From Candidatus Hydrogenedentota bacterium (GTDB taxonomy: Bacteria; Hydrogenedentota; Hydrogenedentia; Hydrogenedentales; SLHB01), in the NCBI GenBank assembly GCA_045863335.1, contig BTVY01000028.1, forward strand, positions 1 to 64,000: a DNA stretch of 64,000 bases, written 5' to 3'. Shown piece after piece: positions 1 to 8,895 of this stretch. Numbering within the stretch: position 1 is the stretch's first letter; each line of letters opens with the position of its first letter. A program made the translations under genes and the position numbers. Below the pieces are notes generated by a model. It did no database searches, was not told where the DNA came from, and saw only the letters and a program-made list of their open reading frames with translations.

Positions 1-124
1 GCAACGCTTTGCGTTGCGCAGAAATTGCGGCAGACTTCCGGTTGATGACGGGCGCTTCACGTCCACCAAAACCTAGTCGTCGGCTGCTTCCCCCTTTGAA
101 GGGGGATCAAGGGGGATGTTCTTC
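1..124. repeat. REP-doublet element, copy A (left part outside window)
   Basis: Central hairpin GCAACGC-TTT-GCGTTGC at 1-17 and right arm TCCCCCTTTGAAGGGGGATCAAGGGGGATGTTCTTC at 89-124; same arm as at about 3434, 4186 and 31070. Confidence 0.8.
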
Positions 125-340
125 TTTCCCTCTTCACAACTCGCTCGGTACGCCAGCCCCACTACCCACGGCGGAGCAGCAGGTATTGTGAATTCTCACG
201 ATGCGGAGGCGTAGTGACTCAGTACGGAGTTCGATTCACTGGCTCCGCTGGGGCGATTGGGTGCTATACTGCTTCCGAGGCGGATGCGCCTGTTCGGCTA
301 TCGGGGGATGGCCGGGGGTCCGCCGATGGGGGACTGCTTC

Positions 341-1897
341 ATGGACGCGCGTGCCACTTCACATTTCAGATTGACCAATGGAGGCATGCTTGCGCTCGTC
401 GCATTGCGGGTGCTGGTGGGCTGGCATCTCCTGTACGAAGGGCTGGTCAAGGTCATGCAGCCGGATTGGACCTCCGCCAGTTATCTCTCCAGTTCGCGGT
501 GGCTGTTGGCCGATGCGTTTCATTGGATCGCGTCCACGCCGTCCGCACTGCGCGTCGTCGACGTGATGAACGAATGCGGTCTCATCCTCATCGGCGCAGG
601 ACTCATGCTCGGGTATTTCTCGCGCATCGCGGCCGCGTCCGGTGCGCTGATGCTCGCGTTGTATTACATTGCCCATCCGCCGTTTATCGCGTCGCAGGTT
701 GGCATGCCGGTCGAAGGCAGCTACCTCATCATCAACAAGACCCTCGTGGAGATGATCGCACTCGTCGCATTGACCGCCTTCCCCGCAGGGAAGTACCTGG
801 GCCTGGACCGGTTCATCCACTACCTCCGCAACCGGGGGCACGAGGCGAATGGCGAACTCCAGGGAGCAGATCGCCCGCAGCCTCTAACGGCCCGGCGCGA
901 ACTGCTGGCGAGCGTCGCCACGCTGCCTGTGGTCGGCGCGTTCGGATACGCCTTCTCGAACCGCAGCAAGGCGACCAGCATCGATGCCATGACCGGCGCG
1001 ACGATCACCTTCGAGAATCCGACGCTCGCGGATTTGAAGGGGACGCTGCCTAAGGGCCGCATCGGCGATCTGGAAATGAGCCGCATGATCCTCGGCAACA
1101 ACCTCATCGGCGGCTGGTCGCACTCGCGCGATCTCATTTACGTGTCGAAACTATTCCGCGCGTACAACACGGAGATGAAGATTTTCGAGACGCTCTGCAC
1201 AGCGGAACGGGCCGGCATCGACATGTTTAACATCGTCAACGACCAGTATCCCTTCTTTCACAAATACAAGGAAACCATGGGCGGCAAGATGCAGACCATG
1301 TGCCAGTGCTTCCCGCAAGTCGGCGACGTGCGGACGGACCTCGACCGGGCTATCGACAACGGCGCGACGACGCTCTACGTCCAAGGCGGACGTTGCGACA
1401 GTCTCATCCGCGATCAGTACATCGATGTGGTCGCGGAGGCGGTGGAGTACATCAAGAGCCAGGGGTACGTCGCGGGAATTGGCGCGCACTCTATCATCGT
1501 GCCGATGACCTGCGAAGAGGCGGGGCTGAATCCCGACTACTACGTGAAAACCTGCCATCACGACCGGTATTGGTCCGCCATCCCGCGCGAGCAGCGGAAG
1601 GAGTTTTCGATTGTCGCGCCTTACGAAGCCGATCATGACGGGTACCACGACAACATGTGGGATCTCTTTCCCGAGAAGACGAACGAATTCATGGCGACGG
1701 TCAACAAGCCGTGGGTGGGATTCAAAGTGCTCGCGGGCGGCGCGATTCATCCGAATGAGGGATTTAGATATGCCTTCGAAAACGGGGCGGACTTCATCTG
1801 CGTGGGCATGTTCGACTGGCAGATCGTGGAGGATGTGAACATCGCGCTGGACGCGTTAGCCGCAACACAGAACCGCCCGCGACCGTGGCTGGCGTAG
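341..1897 (+). CDS. DoxX-family membrane domain fused to an aldo/keto-reductase-like TIM-barrel domain
   Basis: N-terminal LRVLVGWHLLYEG...LIGAGLMLG DoxX pattern with 4 hydrophobic segments; C-terminal GRIGDLEMSRMILGNN...GFKVLAGG...GADFICVGM pattern; ATG 341 preceded by GGGGGA. Confidence 0.75.
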   Translation: MDARATSHFRLTNGGMLALVALRVLVGWHLLYEGLVKVMQPDWTSASYLSSSRWLLADAFHWIASTPSALRVVDVMNECGLILIGAGLMLGYFSRIAAASGALMLALYYIAHPPFIASQVGMPVEGSYLIINKTLVEMIALVALTAFPAGKYLGLDRFIHYLRNRGHEANGELQGADRPQPLTARRELLASVATLPVVGAFGYAFSNRSKATSIDAMTGATITFENPTLADLKGTLPKGRIGDLEMSRMILGNNLIGGWSHSRDLIYVSKLFRAYNTEMKIFETLCTAERAGIDMFNIVNDQYPFFHKYKETMGGKMQTMCQCFPQVGDVRTDLDRAIDNGATTLYVQGGRCDSLIRDQYIDVVAEAVEYIKSQGYVAGIGAHSIIVPMTCEEAGLNPDYYVKTCHHDRYWSAIPREQRKEFSIVAPYEADHDGYHDNMWDLFPEKTNEFMATVNKPWVGFKVLAGGAIHPNEGFRYAFENGADFICVGMFDWQIVEDVNIALDALAATQNRPRPWLA

Positions 1898-1917
1898 AGA
1901 AGAAAGATGGGGACAGA

Positions 1918-1940
1918 AAAACAGGGATAGTCCCTGTTTT
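1918..1940. terminator. Palindrome between convergent genes, probable bidirectional terminator or REP-like hairpin
   Basis: AAAACAGGGA-TAG-TCCCTGTTTT, followed by a second GTCCCTGTTTTT half-copy. Confidence 0.55.
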
Positions 1941-1954
1941 GCAGTCCCTGTTTT

Positions 1955-2116
1955 TCATTCGAGCAACTTGGCGCGCGACAATGCGTCGGGCAGTTCCATC
2001 ATGATGAAGATCATCAGCAGGAGTAGCAGTCCCAGAACGAGGACGGCGCTGATATCTATTGAGAAGAGCGACCAACCCTTGCGATCGGGACGCCTTTGCC
2101 AGATCCACCACGACAT
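1955..2116 (-). CDS. Small single-TM membrane protein, 53 aa (MSWWIW paralog 2)
   Basis: MSWWIWQRRPDRKGWSLFSIDISAVLVLGLLLLLMIFIMMELPDALSRAKLLE; RBS AAGGGGG upstream; paralog directly upstream. Confidence 0.7.
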   Translation of the reverse strand: MSWWIWQRRPDRKGWSLFSIDISAVLVLGLLLLLMIFIMMELPDALSRAKLLE

Positions 2117-2127
2117 GGGCACCCCCT

Positions 2128-2271
2128 TTAGCGCACCATCAATGGCACGACGACCATGGTCAGGAAAAGGGCCAGCAGGATTAATCCGATAGACAGAAAT
2201 CCGGAAACGTCGACAGAGGTGAGCCACCAGCCTCTATGGTTCCTTCGCTTGCTCCAGATCCACCATGACAT
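2128..2271 (-). CDS. Small single-TM membrane protein, 47 aa (MSWWIW paralog 1), absent from ORF track
   Basis: Translated by hand: MSWWIWSKRRNHRGWWLTSVDVSGFLSIGLILLALFLTMVVVPLMVR*; aligns with the 1955-2116 product. Confidence 0.7.
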   Translation of the reverse strand: MSWWIWSKRRNHRGWWLTSVDVSGFLSIGLILLALFLTMVVVPLMVR

Positions 2272-2291
2272 GATCCCGTGCATCCCGGAAG

Positions 2292-2327
2292 AATAGGACG
2301 TATAGGACTGATAGGACCTATGGGACG
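2292..2327. repeat. Short tandem 9-mer repeat (ATAGGACnn x4)
   Basis: aataggacg tataggact gataggacc tatgggacg. Confidence 0.6.
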
Positions 2328-2361
2328 CTGCGTCGTTTCCTAAGCGACAATGGATAAGGGT

Positions 2362-3198
2362 CTACCCAGCACCACGCGCTATCGCTTCCGCGATTCGACT
2401 ATACCACTCCCAGGGCAGCTTCACCTTACCCATTTCCGCTTGGCCTTTGATTTCGCCGTGGCAGTCCGAGCCGCCGGTGACGATGAGGTTGCGTTCTCTG
2501 GCGAGTTGGAGGAACGCGTCGGATTTGCCGGGGCTGTGCTTGGAGTGGTAGACCTCGATGCCGTCGAAGGGGAACGTGAGCAGACTGGGCAAGATGGTGT
2601 GGGTGGTGCCGATGCCGGGGTGCGCGAGGAAGGCGAGGCCGCCGGCGCCGTGGATGAGTTCGATGGCGTGTTCGCAGGAGAGGCGCGCCTTCGGCACGTA
2701 GGCGCGTTTGCCGGACCCGATGTAGCGGTTGAAGGCGTCCTGCACGGACTTCGCGTGCCCCGTCGCGTGAAGTTCGCGGGCGATGTGCATGCGGCCCACG
2801 GCCGCGTTGGGACCGGCGTGGGCGGTCACTGCGTCCAAGGTGATGGGAATGCCGAAGCCATTCAATCTTTCAACAATTTTCGCGGCGCGCTCGTTACGGC
2901 TGTCGCAGAGACGCGCCAACGCGGCGTTGAGTTCCGCGTCGTCCAACCGGACGCCGAAGCCAAGGATGTGGACTTCGTGTTTGCCGTGGGAGGCGCTGAT
3001 CTCGGTGCCGCGGAGGAACGCGATTCCCGCGGCGCGGGCAGCAGCTTCGCCTTCCTCCAATCCCGCAAGCGTGTCGTGATCCGTGATGGCGATGGCGGAG
3101 AGTCCTGCGGCAACCGCGCGTTCCACGACGCGCACCGGCGAGTCCGACCCGTCGGAGTAGTGGGTGTGGAGATGAAGATCGGCGTAGCGGCCGCTCAT
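2362..3198 (-). CDS. PHP-domain phosphoesterase (YciV/TrpH-like)
   Basis: DLHLHTHYSDG, AITDHDT, GTEIS, HILG, LAHP, GIEVYH, TGGSDCHG motifs; the ORF-track extension upstream runs into a repeat. Confidence 0.9.
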   Translation of the reverse strand: MSGRYADLHLHTHYSDGSDSPVRVVERAVAAGLSAIAITDHDTLAGLEEGEAAARAAGIAFLRGTEISASHGKHEVHILGFGVRLDDAELNAALARLCDSRNERAAKIVERLNGFGIPITLDAVTAHAGPNAAVGRMHIARELHATGHAKSVQDAFNRYIGSGKRAYVPKARLSCEHAIELIHGAGGLAFLAHPGIGTTHTILPSLLTFPFDGIEVYHSKHSPGKSDAFLQLARERNLIVTGGSDCHGEIKGQAEMGKVKLPWEWYSRIAEAIARGAG

Positions 3199-3227
3199 AG
3201 TTCGGGCACCTTTGGTAGCGCGAGAGA

Positions 3228-3469
3228 AACATCCCCCTGGCGCTTCGCGCCGTCCCCCTTCAAAGGGGGAATTGCGCCCACACGCGTGCAACGTTGAAAG
3301 GCGGGCGGTGCGTCTAATCGTGATAGTCTCGGTGGCTCACAACACAACGCAAAGCGTTGTGTTGCGGATCTACCGGAACTTTCGAAAAGTGAACGACGCC
3401 TCGTACGCGCCGTAACACATGGTTGAGCAGGATTCCCCCTTCGAAGGGGGATCAAGGGGGATGTTCTTC
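3228..3469. repeat. REP-doublet element, copy B
   Basis: Left arm AACATCCCCC...TCCCCCTTCAAAGGGGGA, central CAACGC-AAA-GCGTTG, right arm TCCCCCTTCGAAGGGGGATCAAGGGGGATGTTCTTC. Confidence 0.85.
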
Positions 3470-3492
3470 GCGCAACTTGCATGCGTCGGCGG

Positions 3493-3984
3493 TCAGCTTT
3501 TCATGTTCACGTACTGCAAGGGAACATCCAGATCCTTTTCCTTGAGCATCTGGATAACCTTTTGCAGGTCGTCGATCTTGTTGCCGGTGACCCGGACTTG
3601 TTGGTCCTGGATCTGCGCCTGGACCTTGAGTTTCTGGTCCTTGATCATCTTCACGATTCTGCGCGCGAGATCGGTTTCGATGCCTTCGACGATCTTCGCT
3701 TCGCGTTTCACGTGGCCCTTAGAGGTCGGCTCCACTTCGCCGTAATCGAGGACCTTGGGGCTGACCTTCCGCTTGACGAGGTTGCCCGCCAGGGTGTCTT
3801 CGATGGCCTGCAACTTCATCGTGTCCTCGGTAGTGATGGCGATGCGCATGCCTTTCTTGTCGAGAGTGATCTCCGTGTCGGAACCGCGGAAGTCGTAGCG
3901 GGTGTCGACCACTTTCTTGGTGATGTTGACGGCATTGTCGACTTCCTGGAGATCGACTTTGTTGACGATGTCGAAGGACGGCAT
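3493..3984 (-). CDS. yajQ: YajQ family nucleotide/cyclic-di-GMP-binding protein
   Basis: MPSFDIVNKVDLQEVDNAV...RYDFRGS...QAQIQDQQVRVTGNKIDDLQ, 163 aa; AGGAG RBS. Confidence 0.95.
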   Translation of the reverse strand: MPSFDIVNKVDLQEVDNAVNITKKVVDTRYDFRGSDTEITLDKKGMRIAITTEDTMKLQAIEDTLAGNLVKRKVSPKVLDYGEVEPTSKGHVKREAKIVEGIETDLARRIVKMIKDQKLKVQAQIQDQQVRVTGNKIDDLQKVIQMLKEKDLDVPLQYVNMKS

Positions 3985-4057
3985 TCGATGAGGTCTCCTG
4001 TGTAGTTTCTTTTCTCAACGGCCGCATGCCGCAAATCGGAACGACCCCCATTATGCT

Positions 4058-4222
4058 GAAGAACATCCCCCTTGATCCCCCTTCAAAGGGGCAATTTCCT
4101 GAACCGAGGCAGCGAGGTATCTCAGTACCCTTGGCCCCAAGAGTTCCACGGGTCGCACTTGCGCAACGCGGAGCGTTGCAGCCATTCCCCCTTTGAAGGG
4201 GGATATCAAGGGGGATGTTCCT
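4058..4222. repeat. REP-doublet element, copy C
   Basis: GAAGAACATCCCCCTTGATCCCCCTTCAAAGGGG ... GCAACGC-GGA-GCGTTGC ... TCCCCCTTTGAAGGGGGATATCAAGGGGGATGTTC. Confidence 0.85.
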
Positions 4223-4247
4223 CGGACAAATGTAGGCGCTCCCGCGG

Positions 4248-5147
4248 CTATTCTTCTTCATACTTCCTGAAATGCTCCGCGATGTTGGCGGCTTCGGCGT
4301 TGCCGGTGTGGACGACAACGCGGTAGCGAAGCGTCAACGTCTCGCCTCTGGGTAGTTCCAGACGGTCGTTTTCGAGCCAGTACATGGGCGTCGGCGAAAA
4401 GAAGCCGTAGTCGCGGGTAAACCATTTGGACGGATACCAGCGGTTACCCGGGTTCTGGAGGATCGCGATGCCTTCCGTGACGCCGTCGCGCGTGCCCGAG
4501 TAATCGCACCAGGGCGATTCGACGCCGTAGGTGCCCGCCTCGCTTGTGTCGCCCTGCGCGTTGACGAGCGTGCCGCCGCTTTCGACGCTCAGTTCGGGGA
4601 CCACCCGCGCGGAAAACAGGGAGTGGTTCGTCTTCGTGATGGTCACATCCACCAGTGACTCCAGTGTGATCTCGAAATCGATATAGCGAGTCGCGTCGTC
4701 CGGGGCCGCGATCGTGATGGTCCGCGCATCGCGGATCACCGGGTCTTCGCCGGGCTTCTTCCACAGACACGTGTCCGTGAACACCACGCGTTCTCCCCCG
4801 CTCTCCACGATGGCCGGTCCCTGCGACAGGACCTGGCCGCGCTCATTGGTGTCCTGCCAGTAGTTGCCGCCGTTCACATGGTCGCATCCGAAGAACAGGG
4901 AATGGTGGTGCGGATACGGTTCCGAAGTTTCCGTCGTGATCGACTCGCCTGACGCGGGGCCATTCACGGGCCAGAAGTAGGGATACTTCTGGCCGCCGCC
5001 GAACTTGTAGGCGGTGAACAACGCGTCATCCACACGGACCTCGACAGATTCGCCAACAATGGCGGCTGTGACATTGGCGACCGCGCAGAAAGCCGGCAAC
5101 GTACACAAGCAAGCAACCGCGAGCGTTTTACAAAATCTCTGAGACAT
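4248..5147 (-). CDS. Secreted protein of the DUF6807 ('PmoA-like') family, function unknown
   Basis: Signal peptide; KYPYFWPV, PHHHSLFF, NYW, WCDYSG, WFTRDYGFFSP, LRYRVVVH motifs; AGGAG RBS before ATG 5147. Confidence 0.7.
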   Translation of the reverse strand: MSQRFCKTLAVACLCTLPAFCAVANVTAAIVGESVEVRVDDALFTAYKFGGGQKYPYFWPVNGPASGESITTETSEPYPHHHSLFFGCDHVNGGNYWQDTNERGQVLSQGPAIVESGGERVVFTDTCLWKKPGEDPVIRDARTITIAAPDDATRYIDFEITLESLVDVTITKTNHSLFSARVVPELSVESGGTLVNAQGDTSEAGTYGVESPWCDYSGTRDGVTEGIAILQNPGNRWYPSKWFTRDYGFFSPTPMYWLENDRLELPRGETLTLRYRVVVHTGNAEAANIAEHFRKYEEE

Positions 5148-5350
5148 GACGGAATCTCCTGACACAAGCACCCTTCGAGCATACCGCATGGCCGCCCCTT
5201 GGTTCGATAGACCCGATGCCATTGCCGAAGCCTCTCGTCTACGAGGTTTGGGTTAAATGACGCCGATTTTGGTTTATTCTTAGTCATGCAATCGCTATAC
5301 TGCACCCATCAGTTGACCAATCGTAGTCAGGATTCGCCGCGAAATTCCTT

Positions 5351-5824
5351 ATGCCCATTCCCAAGAGTCTCTATATCGTTGGAATTATCCTAGGCATCGC
5401 GGCGGGAGCCGGCGCGGGGGTCGGAGCGTTTACCTTCATCTACGCGAAGGGCAGTTCCTACATGACCAACGATCCGGCGGCCTGCGCCAACTGCCACGTC
5501 ATGACCGACCATTTCGACGCGTGGGCAAAGTCCAGCCATCACCACGTGGCGGTCTGCAACGACTGCCATGCGCCCCACGATCTGGTCGGCAAATATCTCA
5601 CCAAGGCGCGCAACGGGTACAACCATTCGCTGGCATTCACCACGGGCAATTTTCCGGAACCGATCCGCATTACCCCGGCCAACCGGAGCGTTACGGAAGA
5701 GGCCTGCCGGTATTGCCATGCCGAAGTTGTCGAAGCAATCGACAGTCATTCGACCGCGACGAACGAGATGTCCTGCATCCGATGCCATAGCTCCGTCGGG
5801 CATCAGACCATTGGAATTCGATGA
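5351..5824 (+). CDS. nrfH: Cytochrome c nitrite reductase small subunit NrfH (tetraheme, NapC/NirT family)
   Basis: N-terminal TM; CANCHVM, CNDCH, CRYCH, CIRCH; directly upstream of nrfA. Confidence 0.93.
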   Translation: MPIPKSLYIVGIILGIAAGAGAGVGAFTFIYAKGSSYMTNDPAACANCHVMTDHFDAWAKSSHHHVAVCNDCHAPHDLVGKYLTKARNGYNHSLAFTTGNFPEPIRITPANRSVTEEACRYCHAEVVEAIDSHSTATNEMSCIRCHSSVGHQTIGIR

Positions 5825-5842
5825 GCACGTGAAGGAGGAGTC

Positions 5843-7270
5843 ATGAGTCACGAAGAATCGGGGGCGCGCCCCCGCAGTTTGAAACGCATCTTCACGATCG
5901 TTCTGATCACGGCCATCGTTACGGGCGGCGTGACCTTCGCCGTGACGGGCCTGCTCATCAATATCTTCGAGCGCCAACAGGAAGCGCGAAACCCGTTCTT
6001 CCGGGTGGTCGAACTGGATGACGAAACCGAGGACCCGGCGATTTGGGGTAAAAACTTCCCCATTCAGTACGATGGCTATCAGCGAACGGTGGACATGGTG
6101 CGGACCAAGTTCGGCGGAAGCGAAGCGCTGCCGCGGACGCCAACCGAGGCAGACCCGCGCTCCATCGTGGCCCAGTCCAAGATTGAAGAGGATCCGCGCC
6201 TCAAACGCATGTGGGCGGGATATGCCTTCGCCATCGATTTCCGCGAGGAGCGCGGCCATGCCTACATGCTCGAAGACCAGACCCTGACCGAGCGCCAGTC
6301 GGTGGGCCAGCCGGGGACGTGCATGCACTGCCACGCGTCGGTCTATGTGCCCTACAAAAAACTTGGCGACGGAGACCTCATCAAAGGGTTCGAGAAGATG
6401 AACCAGATGAAGTACGCCGAAGCGCGGGAACTGGTCGAGCACCCGGTCGCCTGCATCGACTGCCATGACCCGGAAACCATGGAGCTTCGCGTGACGCGGC
6501 CGGGATTCCTGGAAGGCATCCGCGCCAAGAAGGCGGCCGAAGGCATCGAGGATTACGATCCCAACACGATGGCCACGCGCCAGGAGATGCGGAGCTTCGT
6601 CTGCGGCCAGTGCCACGTGGAATACTACTTTCAGGGCGACGAAAAGCGGTTGGTCTATCCGTGGACCAATGGCTGGCAGGGCGACGACATCCTCGCGTAT
6701 TACGATGAAAGCGGGTTCAAGGACTGGACCCACGCGGAAACCGGCGCGGCCATGCTGAAAGCGCAGCATCCCGAGTTCGAGATGTGGAACCAGGGCATCC
6801 ATTCGCGTTCCGGTGTGGCGTGCGCGGATTGTCACATGCCGTACAAGCGCGTGGGGGCGCTGAAGATCAGCGACCACCACGTGCGGAGCCCCATCCTGAA
6901 CATCAACAACGCCTGCCAGACCTGCCACAAGGTGCCGGAAGACGAGCTGAAAGCGCGGGTCGAGACGATTCAGGAGAAGACCTACGAGATGCGCGACACG
7001 GCCATGGACGCCTTGATGGAACTCATCGACGGCATCGTCGCCGCGAAGAACGCCGGCGCAACGGATGAGCAACTGGCGGCGGCCAAGGATTTCCAGCGGA
7101 AAGCGACCTTCCTCCTCGACTTCGTCGAAGCCGAGAACTCGACCGGGTTCCACGCGCCCCAGGAAGCCGCGCGCATCCTGTTCCAGTCCCTCGAATACGC
7201 CCGGCAAGGTCAGGCGTCTTTGCCGTACACGGGCGAGCCGGTCTTGAAGCAGACCGCGGACGCGGGGTAA
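5843..7270 (+). CDS. nrfA: Ammonia-forming cytochrome c nitrite reductase NrfA (pentaheme c552)
   Basis: WAGYAF...RGHAY; five heme motifs CMHCH, CIDCH, CGQCHVEYYF, CADCHMP, CQTCH; diagnostic KAQHPEFE; AENSTGFHAP. Confidence 0.95.
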   Translation: MSHEESGARPRSLKRIFTIVLITAIVTGGVTFAVTGLLINIFERQQEARNPFFRVVELDDETEDPAIWGKNFPIQYDGYQRTVDMVRTKFGGSEALPRTPTEADPRSIVAQSKIEEDPRLKRMWAGYAFAIDFREERGHAYMLEDQTLTERQSVGQPGTCMHCHASVYVPYKKLGDGDLIKGFEKMNQMKYAEARELVEHPVACIDCHDPETMELRVTRPGFLEGIRAKKAAEGIEDYDPNTMATRQEMRSFVCGQCHVEYYFQGDEKRLVYPWTNGWQGDDILAYYDESGFKDWTHAETGAAMLKAQHPEFEMWNQGIHSRSGVACADCHMPYKRVGALKISDHHVRSPILNINNACQTCHKVPEDELKARVETIQEKTYEMRDTAMDALMELIDGIVAAKNAGATDEQLAAAKDFQRKATFLLDFVEAENSTGFHAPQEAARILFQSLEYARQGQASLPYTGEPVLKQTADAG

Positions 7271-7325
7271 TCGCCGGAGTCGTGCGCGCTTATTTGCTCA
7301 GGCACGGCAATTGGAATGGAAGTGA

Positions 7326-7354
7326 GGAGTACACGGGCGGGACGCCCATGCTCC
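7326..7354. repeat. REP-like palindrome (GGCGGGACGCC type)
   Basis: CACGGGCGGGACGCCCATGCTCC; related copy at 53400-53421. Confidence 0.55.
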
Positions 7355-7368
7355 TTTATGGCCTCATC

Positions 7369-7779
7369 TCAGCTTTCTGATGCGCCGTTTTGGATCCAGG
7401 ATCGCAAGGTGGCGATCTGTGCGTCGGTCAGGGGGTCGCCCTTGCGGGGCATGTAGGGTTCTTCCTGCTTCGTGACCATGCGGAAGAGAAGGCTGCCGTC
7501 GGGATCCCCGGCGACGATCACCGCGCCGGACTCGCCGCCCTCCATGGTTGATGCGAAAGTCGCCAGGGACAGATCCCCCTTCCGGTTGCTGTCCGAGTGG
7601 CAGTTCGCGCAGGAGGTTTTGAACATGGGGGCGATATCTTTGGCAAAGGTCGGGCCGGCTGGAGCGAGGTCCGAGGCTGGGGCAACGCCTGAGGGGTCAC
7701 CGGACTCGGAGGGCTGGCTGCATGACACAAGTCCACACGTAACGGCAATACATACGATTCCCCATCCCCAACGGTTCAT
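7369..7779 (-). CDS. Lipoprotein with planctomycete-type monoheme cytochrome c domain
   Basis: Lipobox GLVSC; FAKDIAPMF..CANCH...GG.SG..IVAGDPDGSLL...MP..GDPL...I..LRSWI..GA. Confidence 0.85.
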   Translation of the reverse strand: MNRWGWGIVCIAVTCGLVSCSQPSESGDPSGVAPASDLAPAGPTFAKDIAPMFKTSCANCHSDSNRKGDLSLATFASTMEGGESGAVIVAGDPDGSLLFRMVTKQEEPYMPRKGDPLTDAQIATLRSWIQNGASES

Positions 7780-8049
7780 GGTCAATCCCCTTCCCTGTCC
7801 GCACCTTCGCTGCGGCGTCCACCAGCCTATCCAGCCTCAACCTGTTACATTCCGGCACGTTCCGGAAGCCGCGAATGGATTCATCCGGCCCCGAAAACCA
7901 TGTCGAACGGTACTCGAAACGCCGCTGACATTTCCCTTTGCAACCTTCGCCGGGATATTGTAAACTGAATACTGGCAAAATGAGGGGCTGGCGGACGCGT
8001 ATGTCCAAAGCGCGCCGCCGGATACAACTTCGGATGGAGAGGCCTATTC

Positions 8050-8769
8050 ATGAAAGCGATGAGCACTACTCTCGCGGTGGTCTTGGCCGTCATGTGCTGC
8101 GGCAGCGCAATGGCCATCGAGCCGAGCCACTGGGGCAAATACGGCAATCCCGAGGAACCGGCGACGCGCCCGTACAAGGCATTCTGGCGCGGACTTAAGG
8201 CGGTGCCCTACCAGATCGGTATTTCGAAAGATTCCGGCGAAGCCAAGGCCGACGCCAAATGGGGCCGGGTCGAAGGATTCCGTGGTCTTCGCCGCGGGGT
8301 CGTGGAACTCGGCCACAGCACGTGGTGGGGCATGGCCGGCACCTATCCGCCGCCGGTCGAAGACTTCAGCAGCACCAACCAATGGATCGAGTCAGACCGC
8401 CGCCTGGCCGCATTGTGCGATCTGCCGACGACGGTCGGCGTGTTCGCTTTGGTGAGCGGCAGCAACGCGCTGGTCATGATGTTCGGGTCCGCCGCGGTCA
8501 CCGTCGCGCAGAGCGAAGTGGACCGGCGCGCGATGGGTCCTGAGCAACTGGAAGCAAATCTAGCAGCCGCTGAGCGCGCGCGCGCACAGAACTGGCCGGC
8601 TAACCCAACGTCGCGCAACGATATCCGCCCGCAAGGTTTGAAGTACGGGGGCAAGCTCAAGGAAGAGGCCCAGGAGATGAAAGCGGAACAGGAAAGCGTG
8701 TATCTCAACACGCCGTATTCCGGAGACATGATCGCCAAAGCTCGCCGGGGTCGCATCGCGGACGAGTGA
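8050..8769 (+). CDS. Hypothetical secreted protein
   Basis: Signal peptide ending AMA; GGAGAGG RBS; followed by a terminator. Confidence 0.65.
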   Translation: MKAMSTTLAVVLAVMCCGSAMAIEPSHWGKYGNPEEPATRPYKAFWRGLKAVPYQIGISKDSGEAKADAKWGRVEGFRGLRRGVVELGHSTWWGMAGTYPPPVEDFSSTNQWIESDRRLAALCDLPTTVGVFALVSGSNALVMMFGSAAVTVAQSEVDRRAMGPEQLEANLAAAERARAQNWPANPTSRNDIRPQGLKYGGKLKEEAQEMKAEQESVYLNTPYSGDMIAKARRGRIADE

Positions 8770-8795
8770 CCTTTGGAGAATGAACGATTTTTCTG

Positions 8796-8827
8796 CACGC
8801 CCGGACTTGTGCCGGGCGTGTTTGTTT
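8796..8827 (+). terminator. Rho-independent terminator
   Basis: CACGCCCGG-loop-CCGGGCGTG followed by TTTGTTT. Confidence 0.65.
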
Positions 8828-8895
8828 GAAAGGTCCTGTCCTGTATCGGCCGGCAGGACTGCCTCACACAGCCAATACGGGGGCCGATATCCCTT

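Noticed and set aside
89-4222. CRISPR array from the recurring about 36-bp CCCCCTT..AAGGGGG repeat
   Set aside because: Copies are inverted pairs dispersed between genes, not direct repeats with regular spacers; no cas genes.
4248-5147. Particulate methane monooxygenase subunit
   Set aside because: The family's 'PmoA' label is misleading: this is a soluble secreted protein without the multi-TM PmoA structure, and there is no pmoB or pmoC.
5255-5345. FNR box upstream of nrfH
   Set aside because: Only a TTGAC half-site at about 5313, with no ATCAA/GTCAA at the correct spacing.
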